The notes beneath the pieces are model-generated. The model was not told the DNA's origin. It searched no databases and saw only the letters and a list, made by a program, of their open reading frames with translations. Shown one piece after another: positions 63,497 to 64,000 of a DNA stretch of 64,000 bases. This DNA comes from Podarcis liolepis (Eukaryota), in assembly GCA_965112155.1 (NCBI GenBank), contig OZ218108.1; one strand, given 5' to 3'. The position numbers were made by a program, and so were the translations under genes. Position 1 is the first letter of the stretch; the number at the start of each line of letters is the position of its first letter.

Positions 63497-63757
63497 AGTG
63501 TGGTGTAGTGGTTAAGAGCGGTGGCCTCGTAATCTGGTGAGCCGGGTTCGATTCTCCGCTCCTCCACATGCAGCTGCTGGGTGACCTTGGGCCAGTCACA
63601 CTTCTCTGAAGTTTCTCAGCCTCACTCACCTCACAGAGTATTTGTTGTGGGGGAGGAAGGGAAAGGAGATTGTTAGCCGCTTTGAGACTCCTTAAGGTAG
63701 TGATAAAGCGGGATATCAAATCCAAACTCCTCCTCCTCCTCCTCCTCTTCTTCTTCT
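63497..63757 (+). mobile_element. Squam3-like SINE with (CCT)n(CTT)n tail
   Basis: A box TGGTGTAGTGG, B box GGTTCGATTCT; near-identical to 21340. Confidence 0.9.
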
Positions 63758-64000
63758 ATAGCAACAACTATAAACTGAGAGGAGCTTCATAGCACCATCC
63801 TGGGTATGTTTTTGCTACAGCACAAGGATGCACCATTGATGGATGCAGATCCACTCTGGTGACCTTAAGACTGAGTTCAAGTGCCCAAGTGCTCTTTTGC
63901 GCTTGTCTTTTGGCTTACACCAAAATCTAACACCTTTGCCAAGACATTGGTTTTATGCTTTTCCATGATGGGGAGGGGGGAAACTGCTTCAGTCAAGAGT

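Larger units (their letters stand above)
1..64000 (+). other. TCF4: Internal portion of the TCF4 (E2-2) transcription unit; introns 5635-39753 (~34.1 kb), 39884-40051 (168 bp) and 40102 to beyond the window
   Basis: Three phase-compatible exons splice into a peptide recognisable as the vertebrate TCF4 region around the NLS. The bHLH domain and canonical first exons are not in the window. Confidence 0.95.

Noticed and set aside
21340-63757. Inverted SINE pair flanking the NLS exons promoting circRNA or skipping
   Set aside because: The two highly similar Squam3-like copies are in the same orientation; opposite-orientation pairs across the exons are old, diverged and distant
1-64000. CRISPR array, operon, prophage, or a CTG-expansion repeat like human CTG18.1
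   Set aside because: Vertebrate intronic DNA with no repeat-spacer array and no CTG tract in this part of the gene

Overview
Eukaryotic, mostly intronic DNA from a squamate reptile; the SINE repertoire (Sauria/Squam1, Squam2-like, Squam3-like) points to a lacertid lizard. The window lies inside the bHLH E-protein gene TCF4 (E2-2/ITF2) on the + strand. It holds three internal coding exons: 5570-5634 (65 bp), 39754-39883 (130 bp) and 40052-40101 (50 bp), encoding (S)[21 protein letters not shown]|[43 protein letters not shown]|EVQTKKVRKVPPGLPSS, including the bipartite NLS. The rest is intron: SINEs, CR1 and L2 LINE fragments, several MITE families, microsatellites, five N-runs, and TE-poor blocks that probably hold conserved regulatory elements or internal promoters. 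Almost all listed ORFs are spurious. I see no clearly new multi-gene system. The best leads are splice/isoform architecture at the TCF4 exons, a tRNA-Lys/CR1 SINE whose partner LINE is in the same window, a fold-back MITE family, and candidate regulatory modules. Comparisons with human TCF4 and repeat-family names are from memory and need database confirmation.
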